From NCBI GenBank assembly GCA_002269645.1, contig NIVC01002307.1, positions 1 through 64,000 of the forward strand: a stretch of DNA of 64,000 nucleotides, read 5' to 3'. The notes under the pieces are model-generated. The model searched no databases. It was not told the origin of the DNA and saw only the letters and a program-made list of their open reading frames with translations. The position numbers were made by a program, and so were the translations under genes. Shown piece after piece: positions 12,801 through 23,038 of this stretch. Within the stretch, counting starts at the first letter, position 1. Every line of letters starts with the position of its first letter. This stretch comes from Macrostomum lignano. Lineage: Eukaryota.

Positions 12801-14475
12801 ACCCAGATAGCAAGCATACCCTAGATAGCAAGCATCCATGCACCCAGATAGCAAGCATCCACCCAGATAGCAAGCATACACCCAGATAGCAAGCATCCTG
12901 CAGATAGCAAGCATTCCCCAGATAGCAAGCATCCCTGGATAGAAAGATTCCCATACATGTACTCGTAGATCCATGCAGCCAGTACCTCTTCTCCCAAATA
13001 GCAAGTATCCAGCCTCCTTCAAGAGAGAAATCTTAGTAAAAGTTGTCAAAATCTATTTCAAAAAATGTCTTAGTCAAAATCGATTGTTAACTGTTCAATA
13101 TTGATTCGGAGTTGTCAAAAATGAAGCGGACTTTTTGGGTACACAAACCATAGAGTGTCAGTTTTGAAGCAACTCTGTCAAAATAGAATCAGACTTTGCA
13201 GCCCAACCAGTCAGGCTATTTTAGTCTGTGTGTCTAAAGGATGGAGAAAAATAAATTTTATCAATACTTGTAGATCCAAAAAGCAAAGTCAGAATAAGCT
13301 GATTTTGCACAGCTCACTTCAGCCCTGTTCAGGCTTTAATTGGATTAATTTGTTACCGAATTCTCCCAGGAGAAGCTGACTAAACGTGCATTGTCAAAAT
13401 TGAACCAGAGTTTGTCAAAAATGAAGCTTGATCTGTCAATATTGATTGTAGATTTTGAGTGCCCGACCATAGAGTGTCAATATTGAAGAGGAGTTTGTCA
13501 GTTTCGAAGTTCTCCTTGTTCAAAATCGAGGGTAAAATGGTGTAGTAGTCTGCTAGGCATTGATATAGTCGTTTTTACATGCAAATTGTTCATCATCAAT
13601 ATTTTTTATCTTTGTGAAAGCGTACATGTATTTCGTTTTTATTTTCTTTGTTGCAACATAACGTCTTATGCTTTCCAGGTTAAATTTAAAGATGTAACTC
13701 TTGCTAAGATTATGGAAATTGCGAAGTTTTGTGAAGCAAAATTGGGAAGACAGTTTAGTAAGCAATCGCTTCTTCACATAAGCCTTATCTCCGGTCTGAA
13801 ATTTACCGAAATTCAACTTTTGGAAATTTTGCAAACGTCTTTGGTTGCATTTAACCCCCAACCTCTCCTCGGTACGGTCTCTAGACATTGGCGCAAGGTG
13901 GCACAAGCTTGATTAGATAATGACTGGCTTCAACACTTCACTTTCACCTTCTCTGCTGCCAGTTCTTGATAACTAACTTGTTTACTCTGCATTGTCGAGC
14001 AGAGATTCTTGCAAATTCTGAGTCGGTGTTGACTGCGTTATCAATTCATAGGAGTTGACCTTTCGATCTGTTATACACTTGACAAGGTGGGGGTATACCA
14101 GCGGACTAGCTGTGAGCTGGACTCCGAGTGACCTTAAGGGCTGAGCCGCATTAGATAGCGGGCCCAGTAACGAAATGGAGAAGAAATGATAGACAAATCA
14201 GCGCTACAGATATCGAGCAGGCCGTTTAAGCAACAAGTTTATTTTGAAAAAGTTTCGTAAATAGACGTTTAGATAGATTAACTAGAGCTATTAAAAGGCT
14301 GCTGCAAGGGCTGCAGCATACTTTGACTTGCTTGGTCTGCAACCGTTTTAAACTTAGAGAATTGCGTCTTCTGCTGACGCCATGCGTGCATGCTATCGGG
14401 GTGGCAGGCATAACGCGAAATGGGAAAGGTTTAAACGAATGGCACACGGCTACTTCAAGGTTAAAAGCTTGCTAA
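9890..14475 (+). CDS. Candidate cryptic multi-exon gene, F-box-like segment in 3' half (5' end unresolved)
   Basis: Phase-compatible GT-AG exons 9890-9966, 10112-10340, 11850-11917, 13679-13897, 14052-14086, 14265-14475 give about 279 open codons. EIQLLEILQTSL...LLGTVSRHWRKEL resembles an F-box, and LRELRL resembles an LRR. AATAAA at about 14546 and 14575. No start codon was identified. Confidence 0.38.
10496..11683 (-). CDS. FAM78: FAM78-family protein, single coding exon, 395 aa
   Basis: Matches FAM78A/B motifs: W.IG..QAC..LE..N, WE......G....V.DS.G..WPFY, DFFYPT..W, V.R.Q.F..WLVA, LQ...W, EQPRVL...DPIP..ALV.PN.N..Q. A - strand AATAAA lies at 10419-10424. Confidence 0.9.
   Translation of the reverse strand: MAQRPNNSSRRTPKSEETSASHVITKDTLDSHIESVSSKADRTSVLSSRFRPDEHITINYSRVYYSQPVRSQPLTKVIEKSHLMQWQGQKFKCRIGITLENSTPDSDWTIGLAQACDYLELSNQFEAAGRYQWEFHPTKSGLHKMVNDSNGLQWPFYSHETCLLEIVAGRPLFYSSFELHFSDFFYPTMQWGMRRNKQTSWLTDVERVQHFKVWLVAIKRGKNHPKDGFPVCSYSQFRPELDELYVLQAMEWKYHIGLKFDCHMPLGRRCKSINDAQSEQPRVLQTVDPIPTSALVPPNCNSCQSLIFYPQDKNDVLLLKAKPADIVVPWDRWREDMTMGYSNVANFNCPTPLPNLFPCYSGDPLLESKFSSNRSSTPTNVVRRGFASRCSSKRR
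11921..13542. mobile_element. Non-autonomous foldback/TIR DNA element, ~620-bp inverted arms, TA flanks
   Basis: 11921-12540 is the near-perfect reverse complement of about 12923-13542. Ends are CACCATTTTACCCTCG...CGAGGGTAAAATGGTG, with TA on both sides. No transposase ORF. Confidence 0.92.
12598..12930. repeat. 18-bp minisatellite (agatagcaagcatccccc) in the foldback loop
   Basis: Tandem units that equal the inner end of the right arm. Confidence 0.9.
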
Positions 14476-14867
14476 TAGAAAATTAAATAGATTGCTATAA
14501 CAGTAAAACAGATACGCTCGTAGTAAAGGATTCTTGACAAATATTTAAATAAACAAAAGATCCTACTACTCATAAATAAAACTTAAATATTTTGTAGACA
14601 GAACCAGTTTTAGTAACTCGAAAAATTTTTCAAACTCAAGTAATAAGATACGAACAGCTGCAATTTAAACAGTGTTGATTTGTTTAGGAGGAAATGGTTA
14701 ATAATTTTTACTTCAATTTCATACATTATTGAGATGTTGAATAAGAGCGAGTTACTAAAACCTTTCTATTAGTCAAGTATGAGTATACCATTGTCACCTT
14801 GATTCGTTCTATTATTTTGGTTCGAGAGTCCGGCTATTAGAGTAATCAGGCCAAAAGCTTGCTGATT

Positions 14868-16521
14868 CTATCGAGCTTCTGGAGGCTTCGTGATCACTGG
14901 CCCGAACAGAGCCCTGAACTTGCTCTGCGGATCTTCGCCAAGAAAGTAGTCGCACCAGGCGTTCAGATATTCGTCGGATGATAGACGACCGTCCTAGAAG
15001 CAAAGATGCCAGGGGTTGGCTGAAGCCTATTAAATCTATTTAGCAAGCGCTAAAGCTCAGAGTCTCGTTTTTTTAACACTAACCTCATGGGATATTGGAT
15101 GAATTCGGTATTTTCCAACTGCTTATTTTCCCCAACAGTTTTTTACTTTCTGCGTAGCTTCTTGACAACATCCCAATCCCCGCTGTTACTGCTTACCTTG
15201 TCAACGTCCAAGACCTTGTAGAACCCGTCTGCTTCCTCCCTCGAGACGCCCCAGGCTTCTTGAATGTTTCGGTACTCTTGCAGCTGGATGTAGCCGTCGC
15301 CAGACGTCTCGACAGCTTTGAAGAAAGTCCAACCGAACTGGTCGATTTCGTGCCTGAATTCGCCATTGATGAGCGCTCGCATGTTCTTGATGAAGTCCTT
15401 CTCGTTGATGGAGGCAAAGTGCTTGCCTGCAGATTAAGGAACAATCATTTTTATTATTATGCTTAATAAATGTGCAATATTATATGTACACTCACCATCC
15501 TTGTCGAGCGCGATGTACTTCACCCAGATGGTGAGAATGGCCCGCATAACGGCGTTGCTCTTCTTCCTGTCCAGGTGGCCTCGCTGGCAAAGCGATCTGG
15601 CAATTTGGATGAAATCCTGACAGCTAATCCTTCCTTCGCCACTGATGTCTAACCTGCGGAACATGCAGCGCATCTTGCCCTCCCAGAAGGGACCGCAGCC
15701 GACCTCTCCAAAGTCTTCCGGACGCTTGTAGTTGACTAGGGGGCCAAACACCTTCAGACCTGGTGAGTTGATGCGAATTCAGACAGTAAAAGTTTATAAT
15801 ACACCTTGACTGAGCCTCAGACTTGAACTGTGATGTAGCATTTTGAATCTCGAGTGGAGATATTATAACTACATGTACAATTCTAAGAGCCTATCCCCAA
15901 CAGAATAGCGAAGTAAACACCACATCACAAAGTAAAATCACATCCTTAGCTCGTACCAGTTTTCTGGTCCTCAGAGAAGAAGTAGTTAGCCCAGGTCGCT
16001 CTAAACGTCGCTAAGCTCATCTTGCCTTTGCGATCGGTGTCCTGGATCTTGAAGATGGTGTCCGAGTCCCTGTCAATCACCTTGAAAGCTTGCATCAGCG
16101 TCTTAAACTCCAGATTAGAGATTAGGCCGTCCTCGTCGCAGTCTGCCGCCTTAAAGATCGGCGTCACAATGGACTCAAAGAACTTCTCTTTGAAAGTGGT
16201 ATTCACGACTCGCTTCATGTTCTCAATGAAGTCGTTCTCAAGCAGTTGGTGATTGCAACGATGATGCTCGTCAACCGATGTGCACATGAAGCCAAACCAA
16301 AAGTCTATCATGGCCTTTACTAGCGAGTCTCCATTGAAGGAGTTCATTTTGGGAAATGAGTCCAGAATTGTTGTCGAGATCTCAATCATGTCGTCCAGAC
16401 ACAGGTAACCGTTTCCCACCGCGTCCGTTTGGCGGTAAAATGTGCGCATTTTGCGCACCCAGAAGTCGCTGAATTTGCATTCCGGAAACTCCTGCTCAGT
16501 TTTGCTAGTTGCCAGCGACAT
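14868..16521 (-). CDS. Tandem double sarcoplasmic calcium-binding protein (SCP/calexcitin-like EF-hand), 394 aa
   Basis: Exons 16521-15957, 15759-15496, 15426-15197, 14993-14868 total 1185 nt in frame. Two modules each start W.RK(M)R..F...D and end ED......FGP(L/V). Canonical loops DCDEDGLISNLE and DVDKDGRLSSDE. Confidence 0.92.
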
Positions 16522-18435
16522 TGCTTGTCTCTATAGTGATGATTTCTATTACCTCGTATTGACTATCTCTAACTATAGTTGTTTTCCTCAGACTTTATCG
16601 GGAAGTGATGGATCTGGGCAGCTCCGTTGTTGTGATGCCTTTTCCGTTCAGGCAGGGGGTGGTGGCGCATAGGTTTGGGAAGGCTATTGGGGAAAACCTC
16701 GTCTTCCACGTCTTCCCTCGACTACCCATTGGCTGTTCATGGGAGCGAAACCACGAAATGGATCGATAAAAAACGAGCGGCTGATATTCAACATCTGCAC
16801 ACCTTCCCCATGGGCCGCAGCAACACTGGCAGCCAGAAGCTGGACGTTGCAAAGCCTCCAAGGGGTCCCTCATATATCGCAGCTGAGCTTTACGGGAAGA
16901 ATTCGCCAAATGCCTGGCCTGATCCACAAGCCCTCTGCAATCCAGATCGGGCTGGGTGGTTTCTATACACCAAGCAGCGAATGGAGTTAACATCAGCGAT
17001 TGGCTGGACAAAACTTTGGTCTGCTCTGAACTGCGTGGAGGAAAGGTTTCGAACGGGGAAGGTCTTCTTGCGCTCCTGCATGCTTTCAGCCGTCACCTGG
17101 CTATGTCTATCATTCCTATCGGGGCCAAGGGTTATGAGGGGCTAAAATTTTAGGAATGAAAAGGTGGAGAGACGAAAGCCAAAGCTGTTATTCACAGTAG
17201 TTTGGGGGTGGGGCAGTCAAAGATAGAGACTTGGACTGTGGCACATATCTCGTCATTCGAAAACCTTTTGCACAAGCTTTAACCATAAAGGTTTTGGGGT
17301 GGTGGCTAAATGCATGTGCATGTGTGCGTGCATGAATACGGTCAGTACATATCGGCTTAACTTGTGTCTAGATGTCCTATAAACCTATGGGTATCTTGCC
17401 CAGAACGCTTTCTGATTTCAGCGGAGATAGCGCAGCCGATAGGAAACCAGAAGAAGACAGAAGTTTTATCGCGTTCTTAACTATGAAATTGCCAGCTAAG
17501 CGTATCTAGAACACTGCAGAGGACGCATTATTTCTAGCACAGAAATTTATATTTTAGCGCAAAAATAGTAGAGCATAAATTTCGTTTTATATCCATGCTC
17601 GACGAACTGACCTGACTGCTTTTACAACATGATGCTTGCATAAAATAAGTGCGTTGCACAATTCCAAAACCCATTAGTAAAGCAATCCCATCTCAATGGG
17701 CCCTCACTCCGTTTCACTGTGATAATGACCTGGCATCGTGGCATGTACTGTACATCACTTTCCCAGCCTGCCAATTGTCCATCTCTCTATGGTAGCTGTC
17801 AGCTGGGCGCTCGTTTGCGTAACAAAGTAGCTTTCAATTACATACACCTCCCTGTCACCTCAAGACCAGTACCATTGTCTAAGACTCTAAGAGCATCAAG
17901 TTAAATTATAAGCTGGTTCCCATGCACTGCATAATTAAACAAAAATTTTTCTTTGGTGAAGGTTTTCTAAAAATCACTGGCTATATCTACGAGCGTATAT
18001 CTTCTGCATATACTAGGTCATCTGGGAAAGTTCCTGCGCTTTTTAACGAATTTGAATTAGCCAGAAAAAAGTATACATAATTTTATGCAATATCTATTCA
18101 ACGAAATATATAGTCACCCTCATCCTGCCCTCAGCTGCAATGACAGACAGGCCTCTACAAGCCACATCTGTAAAATTGGCCTTTTTTGGACAAAAATCCC
18201 ATATATGATCTCCCCTTTTCTACTCTTCTTCATTGGAGTACTGTTTGTAGAGGAAAAAAGCAGCCAAAGTTTTAAGCAACCAAATCCAAAAAAGTAAGTG
18301 GATGACCGGATATGAACCAAAGGGCATTGGCTTCATCCGAATGTACTTATACGGTAGTTTTTATTAGCCTGGGGCTATGTGCAGCGCGGCGCACTAAAGC
18401 AACATTGTCGCACAACCGGCGAGAGGCATTGCTGC

Positions 18436-18575
18436 CCATTCCGTCGACTCCTCTGAGCAGGCACACAAGCGCGCGGATACGTACGCAGTCATACGCACAG
18501 GCACACACACAGGGGTGTACAGCGGCCCTAACTTTATTTATCATTAGGCATGTACACTTCACTGTGCCTTGGGGG
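18436..18575 (+). repeat. Dispersed repeat, diverged copy also at 56094-56220
   Basis: Shared blocks in the same order: ccattccg, ctgagca, cacacagg.tgtacagcgg, aggcatgtacact, tgtgccttgggg. Confidence 0.65.
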
Positions 18576-20629
18576 TTGGCGGCCTCAAGGGCGTTAATTG
18601 AACGAGAAGATTCAAAGAGAGATTTCAATATTAGTCCCAAATTAATGTGACTGCACTTGCAATCGAGCCTGGGCAGCAGCTGGCACATCAGAGCGCCGCG
18701 CTGGACCACTGGGGTACGGCTGCAACCGATAACTTGTTGACAGATTAGTCAACTAAAGACGTCGACACATCCCATGCAACCAGGCCCCCTCTTTTGGGGT
18801 TTCCTGTTACCAGCAGATATTAAAAAGAAAAAAAAGGATTTCCCGTCGACTTTGAAGTCTCAAAGCAAGCACAATTCGTGAAACTACGCGTTTTAATACA
18901 TGTACATGTACAAGAAATGTAAAGCATTCAATTATCACGTTGTGACTTTTAAACTTTCGAATCAAATCAATAACGGCCTAATTAAATTCTCGTAAAGACA
19001 AAACTCAGAGAGATCCTTGCGATTCTCCGCGAAATTTAAGTTTCATTTGGAAGCTGACGAGAAATCCCCATTTCATATTCACTTTATCCACATGAGAAGC
19101 CCGAGGGAAGAATTGAACTACATGTAAATCTAGGATAGAATTCTCGGTGTTTCTAGTCAACTGGTCCGGAAAGTTACTGCAGTCGATTTAGTCCAAAGCT
19201 TAATTTTTAAGGGCTCCATTTCAGCTACGTTGATATCTCGCTTTACATGTAATTTGCCTATTGCCAAATGCAATAAGTGTGATTTTTAGTCATACGCTCG
19301 TAACCGTGATCGTTAAGAATAGGAAGGTTAATCTGATTATGTTCATCATACTTGTACGTGTATACCCACCGATTAAAGAAAATATTCGTATTGTGCGATT
19401 TTAAGCTCCTTTTAGACAACAGATACATGTATAAGCCGACTCTCCAAAAAACTTGTGGTCCGTGTATCATCCAAATTTCAAAACGCTGTACGTGCTTGAA
19501 AGTTCAAATAAAACAGGTGGCTAGTGACGTGGGTTGTGAGCAGACTCGGGAATTATTTTACTTCAGATTTATTCGGTCAAGTGTCCCTATACGAGCTAAA
19601 TTATTAAGAAAATTTTTATTTTTTGGTTATCGATTATAAATTGAGTCAAATTCCTACACCTGTCTAGATCACAAAAAGACGAATATTAGACAAAATTATT
19701 CTTTATGAGTCTCGAAAAATTTATCAAACGGGATTATGACTGCATGATAAAAATAAACAATGCGTAATTTTGTTATTTCTGTATTTCCGAAAATTTAACA
19801 TTATTATTTTCTATGAAATCAAAATGGAAAATGGTCCGATCCAACTACTAGTAATACATGTATAAACTTATGAACTCTGTATCACGATATTTTGCTTAAG
19901 TTTACAAAAGGAGAGGAGAAGAGATGAGATGAGACTTAAGAGGAGCAGAGAGGAGAGAGACCCTATAATAATAAAGCTAAATTTATATTTTAAGAACTCC
20001 GTGTCTGTTTTTTGGTACCAGTTATAATTATAATGTTATTATTACAGCGTTACAATTTACAGCATTATCATATGAGCTTGTGTAAGCTTCAGGCACTCCA
20101 GAGTCCAGCTGATGGTCTAGAGTAGGTCTTGAAGTGTATATGCTTCATTAATTATCACTGTGCCTTAAACTTATGTCATTATGATGCCTCAAATTTAAAT
20201 TACAACTAGCATATCAAAATAAAATTAAAAATCAATTTATTGCAATTGCCAATAGTTAAAAAAATTAACAAAGTGAAACTGTTTGTTTTTCAAAATACTG
20301 ATACTAATATATCTAATACTTTAATAGGCCATAAATAGCTTAGTCTATGCCTACTATACAAATTGGTACCATGGTATTATATTTAATATCTATTCTTTTT
20401 TCTACCATGTATATGAATATGCGTAACTATATAACATATATAGCATTTGCCATTGCATTGCATTGTATCATTTTTATATGATTTAATATTTTTTAAGTTG
20501 ATCAAAGATATGTAAGTATGACTATTTAGTCTTAGATATAAATAGCTAATTTATAAATTTTTCTATATTAGGCACCAATCTATTAATAAGTATTAATAAG
20601 CATTAAGATTTTTATTATATTATAATTAA

Positions 20630-21226
20630 TTTAAAAGAGACTGTCATTAAGATTTTTCGCACTTATTTATTGATTAAAAATTTGAATCAATAATTTTGTA
20701 AGTTATTGACAAATTTATTATTAATATTAATGACAATGCCAATAAGACCAAAGATATAAAGAAAGAACAAAAATATAAGTCTAGCAAGAAATTTTAACAC
20801 TACAAATGTATTCTAATTTCCCTAGGTGCCTAATTAATCTAATAGCCTATAGTCTAAAGCAATAGCCTAATGATTCTATGATTTTGATCATATATTATAG
20901 TAACTTTTTACTTATCAACTTAATGAATATCGTATATATGTCTTTATTTAATTTTGGTTGATTTTTTCTATCATAAATTATTTTGATAACTATTCTATAT
21001 TAGCTGAAAAGATGGAAAAGCAAAGATTGCATTATAATTGCATTATAAAGTCAAATTTTTTAATGTGGTAGTAAGCTTTAATTTTGAAAAACTGTAGCTT
21101 TTGTTCAATTTATTTCTCAATAAGAATGTTATAGATTAGCTTATTATATTCATATTTAGGCCTAAATGGATATTTTGGCATTTTAAAAAAAATAATACAT
21201 ATCGCAGTTATTTTAAAGAGGGTTAA
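20630..21226 (+). pseudogene. Heavily decayed piggyBac transposase relic with right end GGG-TTAA
   Basis: Ordered remnants: SLKQ*PN (20851), YHKLF/DNY-SI-LAEKMEKQRLHYNCIIKSN (20969-21056, cf. HKLFFDNYFTS..LAE.L...G.H..GT.R.N), then AAGAGGGTTAA at 21216-21226. The left end was not found. Confidence 0.5.
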
Positions 21227-21317
21227 GTCTTTGGTAGCTGATCAAAATTACCAAAGCCAATTTCACAATCAAATTATTTTGCTAAATTATGGATAGATCT
21301 TAGATAGATCTTAGGGA

Positions 21318-21360
21318 TTTTAACTTTAACTTTAACTTTAACTTTAACTTTAATTTTAAC
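21318..21360. repeat. (AACTTT)n hexamer run
   Basis: About 7 units directly readable. Confidence 0.85.
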
Positions 21361-21542
21361 AGGGTCTTGGCAGACCTATACTTCCTAACTCATTACCATT
21401 TGGAGCTGCTGATTGCTGTAGATAACTCTTAACCATTAGTTGCCATGCTGCCTTCTGGTCTTGTAATTGCTTATTAGCTTTGAACCGCTGCTAATTTCAG
21501 ACTGACAACAGCAATGATCTCAGCAGAGCGGCCGGCCCCGCT

Positions 21543-23002
21543 ATGGACCCGGCTGGCAGTGTGAAGAGCAGCCTGTTGGCCCAGCTGCACTCCGCTGTGA
21601 AAGCCTGCCAGCGGCGTTTTGGCGGCCGTCGAGAACTCGCTTCCAACAACTCAGAGGCCTGGTGAGGGAGGGCACTGAGATCTATCGGATGCAGTCACTG
21701 ATATCTATCGGATGCAGTCACTGAGATCTATCGGATTCAGTCACTGAGATCTATCGGATTCAGTCACTTAGATCTATCGGATTCAGTCACTGATATCTAT
21801 CGGATTCAGTCACTTAGATCTATCGGATGCATTCACTGATATCTATCGGATTCTGTCACTCAGATCTATCGGATCCAGTCACTGATATCTATCGGATTCA
21901 GTCACTGATATCTATCGGATTCAGTCACTGATATCTATCGGATTCAGTCACTGATATCTATCGGATGCAGTCACTGATATCTATCGGATACAGTCACTAA
22001 GATCTATCGGATTCAGTCACTCAGATCTATCGGATTCAGTCACTGAGATCTATCGGATCCAGTCACTGATATCTATCGGATGCATTCACTGATATCTATC
22101 GGATGCAGTCACTGAGATCTATCGGATTCAGTCACTGATATCTATCGGATTCAGTCACTGATATCTATCGGATTCAGTCACTAAGATCTATCGGATTCAG
22201 TCACTGATATCTATCGGATGCAGTCACTGAGATCTATCGGATTCAGTCACTCAGATCTATCGGATTCAGTCACTGAGATCTATCGGATGCAGTCACTGAT
22301 ATCTATCGGATGCAGTCACTGATATCTATCGGATTCAGTCACTGAGATCTATCGGATTCAGTCACTCAGATCTATCGGATTCAGTTACTCAGATCTATCG
22401 GATGCAGTCACTGAGCTCTATCGGATGCAGTCACTGATATCTATCGGATTCAGTCACTCAGATCTATCGGATTCAGTTACTCAGATCTATCGGATTCAGT
22501 CACTCAGATCTATCGGATTCAGTCACTCAGATCTATCGGATTCAGTCACTCAGATCTATCGGATTCAGTTACTCAGATCTATCGGATTCAGTCACTCAGA
22601 TCTATCGGATTCAGTCACTGAGCTCTATCGGATGCAGTCACTGAGCTCTATCGGATTCAGTCACTGAGCTCTATCGGATTCAGTCACTCAGATCTATCGG
22701 ATTCAGTCACTGATATCTATCGGATGCAGTCACTGATATCTATCGGATGCAGTCACTGAGATCTATCGGATGCAGTCACTGAGATCTATCGGATTCAGTC
22801 ACTGAGCTCTATCGGATTCAGTCGCTAAGAGTTTCATTCAGATTCCAGCCTCTAGTTTGTGTAAAAACTATTTGCTCATAATTTCACTCCCCTTTTACCC
22901 CATTTGCAGCGTCAGCAATCTTCTAACCGCCTGGGAGAATGTCCTCAACCATGGCCTACTTCAGCAGCCGCAGCAGCAGCATTATCCCCATCATCAGCAA
23001 CA

Positions 23003-23038
<36 letters not shown>

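Noticed and set aside
21673-22826. CRISPR-like appearance of palindromic repeats (also 33875-34730, 60430-61738)
   Set aside because: Units are contiguous with no unique spacers, there are no cas genes, and the context is eukaryotic.
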